DNA from: a virus
Reading direction: 5' to 3' (one strand)
DNA length: 64,000 nt
IMG/VR virus record: IMGVR_UViG_3300037467_001303
Location: 1 to 64,000 of that record
The notes below the pieces were generated by a model. That model saw nothing but the letters and a program-made list of their open reading frames with translations, had not been told where the DNA came from and did not search any database. Numbering within the stretch: the stretch's first letter is position 1; every line of letters starts with the position of its first letter. Positions 12,001 through 18,633 of the stretch are shown here, in pieces. The translations under genes were made by a program, and so were the position numbers.

Positions 12001-15000
12001 CCGCATCATGCAGGGCTGGCGCGCCGCCCCGGACCTGGCGGTGGTCGAGACGGTCGACCAGCTGCCGTTCGAGGCACCGGGCGACACGCACGGCGTCTAC
12101 CTCGACGGCAAGGTGTGGATCGTGGCCGGCAACCTGGCCGACGAACGCCAGCTCGAATTCGTGCTGGCGCACGAGGCGCTGGGCCACCACGGCCTGCGCG
12201 TCATCATGGCCGAGGACGAAATCACGCGGGAAATGAACCGCCTGCGCCTGATCAACCCCGAGCTGGCGAAAGCGGCGCGCGAGAAGGTCGAGCGCTATGA
12301 GAACCAGATCGACCTGGCCACCGCGACCGAGGAAGCGCTGGCCGACCTGGCGGCGGACGGCCGCCCGATCCGCGGCTGGGACAAGTTCGTGGCCAAGGTG
12401 CAGGCCGCCCTGCGCGCCGTGGGCCTGGGCCGGATCGCCGACTGGATGGAGGAACGTACCCAGGCGGAAACGATGGCCCTGATCGGCCGCGCCCGTGCGG
12501 CGGTCGTCAACGGCCGCAGCGCGCGCCCGTTCGGCGAGATCCAGGCCGCGCGCTTCTCGGACGGCCAGAAGCCGCGCTGGTACTCGCAGCTGGCGCGTGC
12601 GATCGAGCGCCTGCCGCAGAAATCGGCTACCGCCCTGCAGTGGGCCGAGACCATCATGGGCAGCGGGTTCGCCCAGAAGGGCGTCAAGCAGGACGAGATC
12701 TACTGGACCGGCGTGCTGGACTGGCTGAACCTGCAGGGGTCCGCCAACAAGGTCAGCAAGGCCGCGCTGCTGGATTACCTGGCCGCCAATGGCGTGCGCG
12801 TCACGGAAACGGTGCACGAGGATGCGCCGACGCCGACCCCGGAAGGGCTGGCCAAGCGCCAAGCGGTGTTCGAGAAGTACAACGAACGGATCGGCGCACT
12901 GGTCAACCGCATGCTGGACCCCGACCTCACGTTCGCGCAGCACGAGGCCGCCGAGGCCGAGTACGACGAGCTGCTGGCCGCGCGCAACATCGAGGCGGAT
13001 CTCGCCTACCGCCTGCCGGCGGACACCGTTCCGCAGCCGAAGTACGACACCTACACGCTGCCGGGCGGGGATAACTACCGCGAACTGCTGCTGACCCTGC
13101 CCGAGCGCGAACCGTCGTTCAGGCTGGACGACTACATCGGCGAGCTGAGCGACAAGTACGGCTGGGAGGTCGAGGGCAACATGCGCAGGCCCGGCTGGAC
13201 CGAGGCCGACCTGACCGCCGACGAACGCACCCAGCTGGCCAGGCTGCAGGCCGACGAGGCGCTGGAGCGCCAGCAGCGCGCCCGCCGCACCTTCCAGTCG
13301 AGCCACTGGGGCGAGAAAAACGTGCTTGCCCACATCCGCTTCAATGACCGGATCGACGCCGAGGGCAACCGCGTGCTCCACGTGGAGGAACTGCAAAGCG
13401 ACTGGGGCCAGGTCGGCAAGCGCGAAGGCTTCATCGGCACCACCCAGGAGGACGCGAAGGCGTTCTTCGGCATCAGCGACGAGGACTGGGCGCGCCTCGA
13501 CAACCAGGATCGGGAAAGCTACCGGCAGGAAATGCTGGACGCGAAGGATGCCGTCCCGGCCGCGCCGTTCGTCGGCAAGACCGATGCGTGGCTGAACCTG
13601 GCCCTGAAACGCGTGCTGACCTATGCGGCCGAGAACGGCTATGACCGGGTCTCGTTCGTCACCGGCCAGCAGGCGGTCGACCGCTTCCAGCTGTCGGCGG
13701 AGGTCGACCGGATCGACTACTGGACCCGCAGCGGCCAGACCATGATCGCCATCTTCCCGAAGGGAGAGGACACGGCGGTCAACCTGGTGGTGGTCGATGG
13801 CGTGGTCGGCAAGGCGGTGCACACCCCGGAGGAATTCGTCGGCCAGCGCCTGGACCGCGTGCTGGGCAAGGAAATGGCCGACCGCATCCTCGACGACCCG
13901 AACGACGGCTCGATCGAGGGCGAGAACCTGGTGCTGGGCGGGGACGGGATGCGCACGTTCTATGACAGGATCGTGCCGAACGCCGTCAATGGCCTGCTCA
14001 AGCAGGTCGGCGGCAGCCGCGTCGGCACGGTCGAGATCGAGAACGGCACCCCGGGCTACCGCCGCACCGACGAGAGCGGCGACTACCTGGCGCAACCCGG
14101 CTTCGACATCACCGACGCCATGCGCGAGAAGCTGGCCGGCGGCATGCCGCTGTTCAAGCGCGACGGCGCCCGCCTGGCGCCCAACGGTCGCCCGTCGAAG
14201 CTGTCCGAGCGCCAGTGGGAGCAGGTGCGCACGCCCGAGTTCAAGGCCTGGTTCGGCGACTGGGAAAACAACCCGGCGGCCGCCTCGAAGGTGGTCGACG
14301 AGAACGGCGAGCCGCGCGTGGTGTTCCACGGCACCCACGCCGACGTGGCCGCCTTCGACAAGTCCAAGATCCGCTCGCCTGGCGGATTCTGGTTCTCCGA
14401 CCGGCGCGACTACATCGACAACGTCTCGCGCGAGGACCAGCCGGGCTTCAACCAGATGCCGGTGTTCCTGAACATCAGGAAGCCGCTCGATGCCGGCCGC
14501 TACGCGCTGGCCCGCAAGGACATGGGCCAGTTCGACAACACTGGCGTCCAGCGCAATCTGAAACTGATGGGCGGCGACGGCGTGCGCCTGGACAACGGCC
14601 GCGATTCGACCTGGATCGCGCTGGAGCCGGGGCAGATCAAGAGCGCGGTGTCCAACGCCGGCACCTATGACCGTGGCAACGCCGACATCCGGTTCTCGCG
14701 CGGCGAGCTGCCGGAACTGAGCGACCCGGGCAGCCTGCGCCTGATGCGCGCCACCCCGCAGCAGATGGCGAATGCGGCCGCGCGCAGCGTCAAAGCCGTT
14801 ACCTGGACCCGCACCGGCAACACGCTGGCGCACATGCGCAGCCTGGGCCTGCAGTTCCTGGGCCGCCTGCAGCTGACCGACGTGTACGGCAAGCTGTTCC
14901 CGCAGCAGCAGGGCGGCGACAACCTGATGCAGGTGTACTCGGATCTCGCGGCCCTGATGGACGCCGAGAAGAACGAAGGCGGCACCAAGGCCGACGAGGT

Positions 15001-17452
15001 GGCCAAGCGCTGGGCCAAGCTGAAGGACGAGGAAGCGCTGGCCAAGCTGATGCACGATTCGACCCGCCTGGAGATCGACCCCTCGAAGCCGTTCCAGTAC
15101 GGCGACATCCGCCGCCACTACAACGACCTGAAGCAGCGCTACGACCGGCTCACGCCGCAGGCCAAGCAGGTGTACCAGGACGCGGCGCGCATGTACGCCG
15201 ACCAGCACGAGGCGGTGCGCCGGGCCGTGCACGAGCGGATCGCCCGCTCGCTGCCGGACCACCCGAACCGCGCCAGCATGATCCGCCAGCTCGAAGGCGA
15301 ATTCTTCTCGCGCCGGATCAAGGGCGTGTACTTCCCGCTGGCACGCTTCGGCGACTACGTCATCACGGTGCGCTACGTCGGCAAGAACCCGCAGCCGGGA
15401 CAGTCGGTGGTGCGCGAGGCGGTGGCGTTCGAGGAAACCCTGAACGCGGCCGAGGACCGCCGCGCCGAGCTGATCAAGCAGTATCCGCCGGAGCAGGGCT
15501 ACGAGGTGATGCCGATCGTCAAGCGCGCCGAGTACAACGCGGCCCGGGACTCCGTCTCGCGCGGGTTCCTGAAAAAGCTGTTCGGCACCCTGGACGAGGC
15601 CGGCCTGCAGGACCCGTCGCTGCTGGACGCGATCAACCAGATCTATCTGACCAGCCTGCCGGACCTGTCCTGGGCCAAGACCGGCATCCACCGCGCCGGC
15701 ATGCCGGGCTTCTCGCAGGACGCGCGCCGGGCGTTCGCGCACCACATGTTCCACGGTGCGAACTACCTGGCCAAGCTGAACTACTCGGACCAGCTGGCCG
15801 AGACGCTGGAGTCGATGCAGAAGCACGTCCTCGAGAAGAACACCGACGCCAGCTACGACCGCGTCAAGGCCCAGCAGGTGGTCGACGAAATGGTCAAGCG
15901 CCACGACGCCTACATGAACCCGAAGGCCAGCCCGCTGTCGACCAAGCTGACCGGCCTGGGCTTCCTGTTCTACCTGGGCCTGTCGCCGGCCTCGGCGATG
16001 GTCAACCTGCTGCAGACCCCGACGGTGGCGTTCCCGCTCCTGGGCGGGCGCTTCGGCTACAAGAAGGCGTCCAGCGAACTGCTGACGGCCTCGAAAGCCG
16101 TCATGCGTGGCCACAACAAGCTCGAAGGCCAGCTGACCGGCGACGAGAAGCTGGCGTACGACGAGTGGGTCCGCACCGGCCTGATCGACCTGACCATGGT
16201 GCACGACCTGGCCGGCATCGCCTCGGGGCGCGACAGCGTCTGGCGCGGCCACATGCGCGGCTACATGGAGAAGGCGGCCTGGATGTTCCACCATGCCGAG
16301 CTGTTCAACCGGCAGGCGACGGCGCTGGCCACCTACCGCCTGGCACGCCAGAGCGGCATGAACCACGAAGCGGCCTACCGCGCCTCGGTCGACATCACCA
16401 AGGCCAGCCACTTCGACTACTCGGCCGGCAACCGCCCGCGCTTCATGCAGGGGCCGATCGCGCAGGTGATCTTCCTGTTCAAGCAGTACGCGCAGAACCT
16501 GATGTATACGTTCGCGCGCAACGCCTACCTGATGACCAAGGGCGACAAGCAGGCCAGGAACGCGTTCCTGGGCCTTCTGGCCACGCACACGATGGCGGCC
16601 GGCGTGCTGGGCCTGCCGGCGGTGTCGACGCTGCTCGCCGCGGCCTCGATGCTGGGCGGCAGCGACGACGATCCGTGGGACGCCCAGGTGGCGCTGCGCC
16701 GCGCGCTGGCGGACATGTTCAGCGAGGCGTTCGGCGACGAGGTCGGCCAGAAGCTGGGCGAGGTGCTGTCGCACGGCGTCTCTCGCCTGACGCCCTGGGA
16801 TATTTCCGGGCGCGTCGGCGCCGACCACCTGATCGTGCCGGACGTGCAGGAAAGCCTGCAGGGAGCCGACGCCTACAACGCGTACCTGGCCGGCCTGCTC
16901 GGGCCGGTGGTGGGCATGGGCGCGAGCTGGGCCAAGTCGTTCGAGATGATCGTGCGCGGCGACGTGGGGCGCGGCATCGAGAACATGCTGCCGGCCTTCC
17001 TCAAGGGGCCGGTGCGCTCGATGCGCTACGCCACCGAGGGCGGCGCCAAGGACCGTAACGGCATCACGCTGGTCGAGGACATCAGCGAAGCCGAACACGC
17101 CGGTTCCTGGCTGGGCTTCTCGGCCGGGCGCGTGCGCGAGGCGCAGGAGGCCAAGAGCGCCGTGTACGCGCAGGACGTGACGCTGCAGCACCGGCGCCAG
17201 GTCCTGATGAACAAGTTCGCCGATGCCGTCATCGGGCAGGACGACGGCGACCGCGAGCAGGCGCTGGCCGCGATCATGGCGTTCAACGAGAAGCACCCGA
17301 ACCGCCTGATCGCGCCGCTGCACCTGCAGATGAGCGTGCGCAACCGGATGATGCGCCGGGCGCAGGCCAGGGATGGCCTGTACCTGCCGGGCAAGCGCGG
17401 GCTGGATGCGCGCCAGTATGGAGATTTCGCCAACGGAGAAGGAGGGGACTGA
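2..17452 (+). CDS. Giant polyvalent DarB-like virion/ejection protein (5'-truncated, >5,800 aa)
   Basis: The frame of ORF 275..17452 is open back to position 2 (EALLDEQAHHPERK...), so the true start lies upstream of the window. It contains MTase (LESSMGVGNF, NPPF), SNF2 (HAVGAGKT, DEAH, TGTP, QREGRIIRQGN), HEALGH, ART-like and PLARFG motifs, and sits just upstream of the lysis genes. Confidence 0.93.
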   Translation, partial: EALLDEQAHHPERKDSNTVAGNRIFSFKFHTSIPVSQEALDQFVPLKGDALKARTAKVEKQWEEERARQQAEKDNFPTRGFEHVIKPESSDVQLQLATAKGWGFTEKTVPVRYPGSIDTVFHDYERGLEYDNGKPSSTKDSVKFEVRVAQGPNGNWTYSTAYNVGNSGGASSAPSIWDPQYATREQAITAGKDELLDRMKDRPDVVKKIEREYAKLGISGEAKAIAPTGDWPWKDSPFAARIDAALAKLAAHAPDYLRAYRSGFVQDANANRLTEESVAFREKKVDQIVGEKTGKATAVPFTPLDAAGMQKVSDVSDALPKEIVDAAIARWNPVAEQLAQLGYQHGEVFTNAPQAAQALERQLKDIANALMSLAPRRWLVERDKKLDPPKTEKEAKRRAATLRHLERAEDYATEVLGIKTRDYPAVDTANRITLAAGIRKKAGELESSDEEIAASAAPAMQPKGTWQESAFAKRIETMIGQLRGVGNDDMARVVEDDMKTAAGRGLLDEAEVKRKEELTRNILAKVAPKPGQSMVVTKGKDGHPQVDFWRIEFKGVVHADVDLPAPLVARVQNVLRTRPDAYHLSRPYRQNDTRIHLGQEDDRNANSQASMLLLDNGTVEMLGDDSHHWGSTMTQASAVKALNNWLNSLPELDHNPRNLPNGMWGTVENPLKFVSGMSRPGDYSKLFEGHRSVGVMVSELSNRDVDKALAEQMAKSNGYLFVDSGAFPIYKLNERAFAKALEKGFEDFKGEQILTFDQILERYERLDRAISEASDGEANDRAFFVMPDIVGRQEESLRLVGEYARTIKQYGDRAIIPLQSGKLSLTQAYESAMLELARDPDLDDGPVIGIPSAAEAVSNEELTALLKKHGDRIAGVHVLGAYSDLRLAPRLKAIRDAGYEGNVSADANRLRALMYGDRTRGQAWEELFNQSQPEGGRVDTTEQRKEEASKLVLARWGFTQDTVPANGEFGDWEVAVRKDNGRFGKEQLAFEINVAQAPNGKWAYSASYSQGGTTGNKIGMGTPGAAPKLASPAYATRMQAIEAGSEAIRTDMLKTHGDITRLAAPLHNAVKRLKEAEQEAAKPAKADRRVVKGFATMEQEAARLKQLQEIVRYQAMPTAGLTSEQRKTITRGISGAQKALGQLPAGRLTLAGARDLRGVADPLNSKLFKDWVENIRIRIEEKTPADLHAVYANYRHDRNGEQPLTKEFVAQMLAEQVGKTERPLAEPGWLGTLNDDQVEDVRDAMQDLREQSNTLLREYERLAPVDGIAPQGGAYVDALARGQALATLLQRVAQGDTVSEAKIRAKLFGSQILGNAAHTDNPIHRSAEPLNRFIDEAGAKIIEASEIDAQIKARTDAAKTKPAPFTEAPVRNYTVERAAANSVKLRPLPGQSFSQEDIAALQSWLKENGWSAFSEKNYVHGIGPTGAAWSDVPDADRVTKKDAAAQAASDKRDAERKAAEESRAADLARLGSAAWIDQVFGTDSMNGFNKAALARYLDGEAAQFAGLMNHKWEAGLRTLGLQEADLANGRVDDILQKVKRAYDQAKTAPRLNPETKPAPRQITDDELFDADFQDALGHLGDVLGDVFGGKLNITGQKYTAGDLLPALSRVIEMLVKKGVRSFSKAVATAARGMRANDKTAPFVDQISPRQWKAAYNAIAEMHEGTDTEAAVNAVSNDEVARLVAPPAPVTAEGIDMLGKRIGEIEARLSTLRTLRERAESTGNAWVYDEKIAEHEKELQEFRDARERAMLAQGKAEPAKDEAPAAPAKEKPKKPGKVYGQAKLRLDYGVPAIDGYTETKEFPHGPPGDIPSGGVKDAFLKDAQRYLKDVTGMLLDAGFTNAEHFGKAIKPVSVNRAGPAAGGDAYLTMFHEQAQRGIYIHVGTGGFGGVSGSKSGISLMMRVTEAKDPFGGGENLWMPADLTAAALAERARKAVFAASPNRDTLNATDTQEKGHGQDDAGDDGTQALGGVPAGENGGTESAGDAGLGDPGRRPAGAGRDPGLDGAGVSGARGGRGGAAATDPAAAGAGSGQRGGKGRGRSGKAVPGHDAGSTGAPGRVSPAPANVPAVNFRINPDLRLGQGSETVKFNDNLDAIRTLKQVERDNRRATPEEQAILARYVGWGGLKNAFPDPLTGQFKPEWAARGEELASLLTDKEHAAASRSTLDAHYTSEKVVQAMWKAAEHLGFKGGITLESSMGVGNFFGLVPEHLAPQTKFVGVEYDAITARIAALLYPRETVLHSGFQKVPLPDASFDLAIGNPPFGSQSLTFQFKPELNGLSIHNQFFLGAIEAVKPGGLQIQVVSRYLMDAVDPGARQRLAQRARLLGAIRLPDSAFRENARTDVVTDIVFLQRLTPSEEVTMTAALEAARSKPEKNHQKEMERRELAAMVPEWVQTGKVKDPAGGEDMVVNQYYVTHPSMVMGDLGRTGKMHGREEVNVTLPKGADLAGMLDEAIGRLPKGVMSAEVDPIEEMLAAHQAMSDSLRIALAGHEAGSITIDQDGKLQQIIERETARGDYELARRELTPQAPWSPSLLLDNRGRWYRVEAVKDANGKAVKKTVMFDGKEVPTKQNLYERRYFNSEAEVPATLQLGQARFNRLTQMVKLRDLLVKQLNLEAADAAPKEIEANRKALRAAYDAFVAEHGFISEPNNSGLVANMPDGALVQALEVGYRPALSKAKADKINEQPRPAKAKPAPILSARVINKYIPPTQAASAADALAITMAERGRADMARIAELLGKPEDEVRTELLNADKPLVFEDPESGIVVPADEYLSGEVRRKLAAAKAANMDKNVAALEAVQPEAWGAENVTVLLGSTWVPPQVYAEFVKHITGADARVSFSKVTNAYSVSTGQAVRANEEQWGSDGITAAGIINELLNSRSIRLTYMDSNGNSHFDEERTKLALLKARAIRNEFNDWVFGDGERRRQLVDLFNDKFNVRVNRQHDGSHLVLPGKVPDAVINMRRHQKNAIWRGISERFMLLDHAVGAGKTYTAIARAMERRRMGLSRKPMIVVPNHMVEQFTNDAYKLYPGAKVLAAGKKDFEKSRRRKLFAKIATGDYDLVIVPHSSFFYIGISPETEERYLQRELDAALEAVAEAEEQAKEDGLDNGRRKPFGVKEAERLVDSITARMEKVRGAARKDRLLTFEQMGVDDMTVDEAHEFKNLFYSSRLTNVKGMGNKTGSQKAFDLYNKVRVLAESPTGTVTFMTGTPISNSAAEMYTMMRYLAADKLREFGLEHFDAWRAQFVSTDAGWEPNETGRLVEVNRLGRTWSNMRSLMDLYYSFTDAVDNDDIKRAYAEDNPGKQFPVPEVEGGGRESVIVQPTPAQIALLEQTIADFDSLPYIQDPYERNKARLRLMDRARKVSLDVRAVDPMNTSDEKDGKLEVLSDRVLEHYKKWDKEKGTQLIFLDRSVPRGKGDDKVLKAYDALLKDQAEALREGDEAKLRAISESLEAYDANAMEEMRNAQRGGWNAYQQIKDNLIARGIPASEIRFVQEAETDEAKQALFDAVNDGEVRVLIGSTQRMGAGTNVQQRLVALHHADVTWKPSDIEQREGRIIRQGNLIGFDENGNVRRPGFKVAILAYATERTIDAKMWNLNASKLRTINGIRKYDGAFSMDFADEESVSMAELAALASGDPLLLERVQLASDIDNLELLQRQHARREWGIISQVEDAERTIARHPKRIEALQQDAQLIDDGRDQLAEQVAKRSVEMEGATYTSYDEATRALKELVLQQQAGDEDAKISVKIGSKRYQAINTAMDALHAGFGDQLPFQARIDGQDYITRTDAARELAEMASDMMAGLKKGQSDSRVVGTMLGLKVELTVEKPDGFKKETTFATVSLNRPDGSTLVHGSTSTDELKFATNGLRNALSDLDSRADAPALRGSARYYQEQLNQARENLPGLQAKRGQPFPQQEELDTKMARLEEVIRELANGTSDTRRAAAMQFNLVPSPAEIAVRQQRREDDRHRRRDDKLPDDEDGQARFSRGGRGAGMARDKAEQAARRIMQGWRAAPDLAVVETVDQLPFEAPGDTHGVYLDGKVWIVAGNLADERQLEFVLAHEALGHHGLRVIMAEDEITREMNRLRLINPELAKAAREKVERYENQIDLATATEEALADLAADGRPIRGWDKFVAKVQAALRAVGLGRIADWMEERTQAETMALIGRARAAVVNGRSARPFGEIQAARFSDGQKPRWYSQLARAIERLPQKSATALQWAETIMGSGFAQKGVKQDEIYWTGVLDWLNLQGSANKVSKAALLDYLAANGVRVTETVHEDAPTPTPEGLAKRQAVFEKYNERIGALVNRMLDPDLTFAQHEAAEAEYDELLAARNIEADLAYRLPADTVPQPKYDTYTLPGGDNYRELLLTLPEREPSFRLDDYIGELSDKYGWEVEGNMRRPGWTEADLTADERTQLARLQADEALERQQRARRTFQSSHWGEKNVLAHIRFNDRIDAEGNRVLHVEELQSDWGQVGKREGFIGTTQEDAKAFFGISDEDWARLDNQDRESYRQEMLDAKDAVPAAPFVGKTDAWLNLALKRVLTYAAENGYDRVSFVTGQQAVDRFQLSAEVDRIDYWTRSGQTMIAIFPKGEDTAVNLVVVDGVVGKAVHTPEEFVGQRLDRVLGKEMADRILDDPNDGSIEGENLVLGGDGMRTFYDRIVPNAVNGLLKQVGGSRVGTVEIENGTPGYRRTDESGDYLAQPGFDITDAMREKLAGGMPLFKRDGARLAPNGRPSKLSERQWEQVRTPEFKAWFGDWENNPAAASKVVDENGEPRVVFHGTHADVAAFDKSKIRSPGGFWFSDRRDYIDNVSREDQPGFNQMPVFLNIRKPLDAGRYALARKDMGQFDNTGVQRNLKLMGGDGVRLDNGRDSTWIALEPGQIKSAVSNAGTYDRGNADIRFSRGELPELSDPGSLRLMRATPQQMANAAARSVKAVTWTRTGNTLAHMRSLGLQFLGRLQLTDVYGKLFPQQQGGDNLMQVYSDLAALMDAEKNEGGTKADEVAKRWAKLKDEEALAKLMHDSTRLEIDPSKPFQYGDIRRHYNDLKQRYDRLTPQAKQVYQDAARMYADQHEAVRRAVHERIARSLPDHPNRASMIRQLEGEFFSRRIKGVYFPLARFGDYVITVRYVGKNPQPGQSVVREAVAFEETLNAAEDRRAELIKQYPPEQGYEVMPIVKRAEYNAARDSVSRGFLKKLFGTLDEAGLQDPSLLDAINQIYLTSLPDLSWAKTGIHRAGMPGFSQDARRAFAHHMFHGANYLAKLNYSDQLAETLESMQKHVLEKNTDASYDRVKAQQVVDEMVKRHDAYMNPKASPLSTKLTGLGFLFYLGLSPASAMVNLLQTPTVAFPLLGGRFGYKKASSELLTASKAVMRGHNKLEGQLTGDEKLAYDEWVRTGLIDLTMVHDLAGIASGRDSVWRGHMRGYMEKAAWMFHHAELFNRQATALATYRLARQSGMNHEAAYRASVDITKASHFDYSAGNRPRFMQGPIAQVIFLFKQYAQNLMYTFARNAYLMTKGDKQARNAFLGLLATHTMAAGVLGLPAVSTLLAAASMLGGSDDDPWDAQVALRRALADMFSEAFGDEVGQKLGEVLSHGVSRLTPWDISGRVGADHLIVPDVQESLQGADAYNAYLAGLLGPVVGMGASWAKSFEMIVRGDVGRGIENMLPAFLKGPVRSMRYATEGGAKDRNGITLVEDISEAEHAGSWLGFSAGRVREAQEAKSAVYAQDVTLQHRRQVLMNKFADAVIGQDDGDREQALAAIMAFNEKHPNRLIAPLHLQMSVRNRMMRRAQARDGLYLPGKRGLDARQYGDFANGEGGD
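2010..2760 (+). other. TGT/DpdA-like guanine-transglycosylase TIM-barrel domain within the giant protein
   Basis: Ordered motifs LFVDSGAF (2168-2182 = DSGAF), VMPDIVG, IPLQSG, VIGIP, VHVLG and SADA follow the order of the TGT-family motifs. Confidence 0.75.
5804..5854 (+). promoter_or_regulatory. Candidate internal sigma70 promoter and RBS for the nested gene
   Basis: TTCGCC(5804-5809)-17 bp-TACACT(5827-5832); AGGAG at 5850-5854, 7 nt before ATG 5862. The -35 element is weak. Confidence 0.45.
5862..6176 (+). CDS. Nested, out-of-frame 104-aa helical protein (TnpV-like pattern)
   Basis: Good SD and strongly GC3-biased codons in this frame. The product looks like a natural protein, whereas the giant frame over the same bases is a Gly/Ala/Asp/Arg-rich linker using rare codons. 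Confidence 0.8.
   Translation: MDRTTLAMMARKHWEEYLPEKTAELKAQGMLASAIQVAARQAQDEIQALMAQGYQEHEAAEVVLPQLILLPPEPDLDSEEARDAAEAERQYQDMMREAPERPDE
6200..7400 (+). other. N6-adenine DNA methyltransferase domain of the giant protein
   Basis: Motif I LESSMGVGNFF, VGVEYD, motif IV IGNPPF (NPPF 6773-6784), RLPDSAF and TDIVFLQR, as in DarB-type MTases. Confidence 0.9.
7700..11000 (+). other. SNF2/SWI2-family helicase domain of the giant protein
   Basis: DHAVGAGKT (Walker A), VDEAHEFKN (Walker B), MTGTPISN, GAGTNVQ, EQREGRIIRQGN. Confidence 0.92.
11960..12520 (+). other. Zincin-like metallopeptidase (MPTase-type) domain of the giant protein
   Basis: GVYLDGKVWIV...VLAHEALGHHGL...ATEEALADLA (HExxGH plus a downstream EE). 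Confidence 0.7.
14170..14700 (+). other. ADP-ribosyltransferase-like (ART-PolyVal type) domain of the giant protein
   Basis: FKAWFGDW...VVDENGEPRVVFHGT...GFWFS...PVFLNIRKP...GDGV...QIKSA pattern. Confidence 0.7.
14800..17452 (+). other. PLxRFG / LPD-type C-terminal region of the giant protein
   Basis: YFPLARFGDY, SPASAMVNLLQ, ELFNRQAT, HFDYS..NRPRF, FLFKQY, plus hydrophobic segments. Confidence 0.7.
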
Positions 17453-17516
17453 TGTACCGCACGCGCCCCGTCGCCGTGCGGGGCTGTTTCACACTATATA
17501 ACTAGGGAACACAGCC

Positions 17517-17699
17517 ATGCCATCGCATGAAACGCACATCGCGCTCGCCGAACAGCGCATCGCCGCACTGGAAGAACAGGTCGCCCGGCTCACCGCCGAC
17601 CGCGACCAGGCCCTGAAATGGGGAATCATGACGCTCGGGTCGGCCGTGGTCGGCCTCGTGACGTGGATCGTCACCTATTTCAAGGAGCACATCAAATGA
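17517..17699 (+). CDS. Small coiled-coil + TM protein (holin/antiholin-like)
   Basis: 60 aa, N-terminal coiled coil and C-terminal TM; first gene of the lysis cassette; SD AGGGA. Confidence 0.55.
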   Translation: MPSHETHIALAEQRIAALEEQVARLTADRDQALKWGIMTLGSAVVGLVTWIVTYFKEHIK

Positions 17700-18163
17700 C
17701 CAGCCACCGGATGCAGATGCGTGTGTTCCACACGCTTGCTGCCGTCGCCCTGTCCCTGGCGGCCCTGATCCTGGGTGGCTACTTCTTCGGGATCACCGTC
17801 GAACAGCCCTACCTGCGCTACCAGAACGTGCCGTTCCCTGTCATCACCCGCACGGTGAGGGCGGGGGAGCCGGTCCGCCTGATGGTGGCGCGCTGCAACG
17901 ACGACAGCGTTCGGCACGGCTACCTGGTGACGCACATGCTGCGCAACCTGGACACCGGCGGCTTCGTGCTGTTGCCGGACGTGTGGGTCGAGATCGCGCC
18001 GGGTTGCGCGACCGCGATCAGCCAGCTCAACATCGTTCCGCCCGGCACGCCGCCGGGCACCTATGAAGCCAGCGGCCGCGCGCTGGTCGACGGCCGCTTC
18101 GCCAACCACCAGGTGATGTGGCGCAGCGAACCCTTCGAGGTGGTCAAAGGAGAATCGCCATGA
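17696..18163 (+). CDS. Membrane-anchored protein in lysis cassette
   Basis: ATGA overlap with the previous gene; N-terminal TM followed by a beta-rich domain with 2 Cys. Confidence 0.7.
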   Translation: MTSHRMQMRVFHTLAAVALSLAALILGGYFFGITVEQPYLRYQNVPFPVITRTVRAGEPVRLMVARCNDDSVRHGYLVTHMLRNLDTGGFVLLPDVWVEIAPGCATAISQLNIVPPGTPPGTYEASGRALVDGRFANHQVMWRSEPFEVVKGESP

Positions 18164-18633
18164 TCCTGACCTTGTTGTCCATGCTGGGTGGCGGCCTGAT
18201 GCGGCTGCTGCCCGAGGTGTTCGCCATCCTCAAGCAGCGCGGCGACAACCAGCACGAGCTGGCCATGCTGGATAAACAGATCGCACTGGAGCAGACCAGG
18301 AGCGCGATGCGCCAGGACGAGATCCGCACGCAGGGCGAGGCCGACATGAACCTGGCGCAGATGGATGCACTGGCCGAAGCACTTAAAGGTCAGATGCAAC
18401 TAACCAACATGCGATGGGTCGACGGCTTGAACTTCCTGGTGCGGCCTGCGACGACCTACTATCTCCTCACGCTGTACGGACTGGCCAAGGCGGCCATGTA
18501 CCAGGTCGCCATCGCGCACGGCATCACCGGCTGGGAAGCGATCCTCAAGATCTACGACGAGGAGGACCGCGCGATCCTGTCCGGAGTGCTGGCGTTCTGG
18601 TTCGTCTCGCGCACGATCGAGAAGGGCAAGTGA
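18160..18633 (+). CDS. Putative holin (multi-TM)
   Basis: ATGA overlap; hydrophobic N-terminus, coiled coil, VRP motif then two TMs ending in FWFVSR; immediately before the lysozyme. Confidence 0.65.
   Translation: MILTLLSMLGGGLMRLLPEVFAILKQRGDNQHELAMLDKQIALEQTRSAMRQDEIRTQGEADMNLAQMDALAEALKGQMQLTNMRWVDGLNFLVRPATTYYLLTLYGLAKAAMYQVAIAHGITGWEAILKIYDEEDRAILSGVLAFWFVSRTIEKGK

Noticed and set aside
6023-17323. 3,766-aa antisense ORF
   Set aside because: It is in codon register with the giant gene. It is stop-free only because TTA/CTA/TCA are nearly unused in this GC-rich sense frame, and it has no protein-like motifs.
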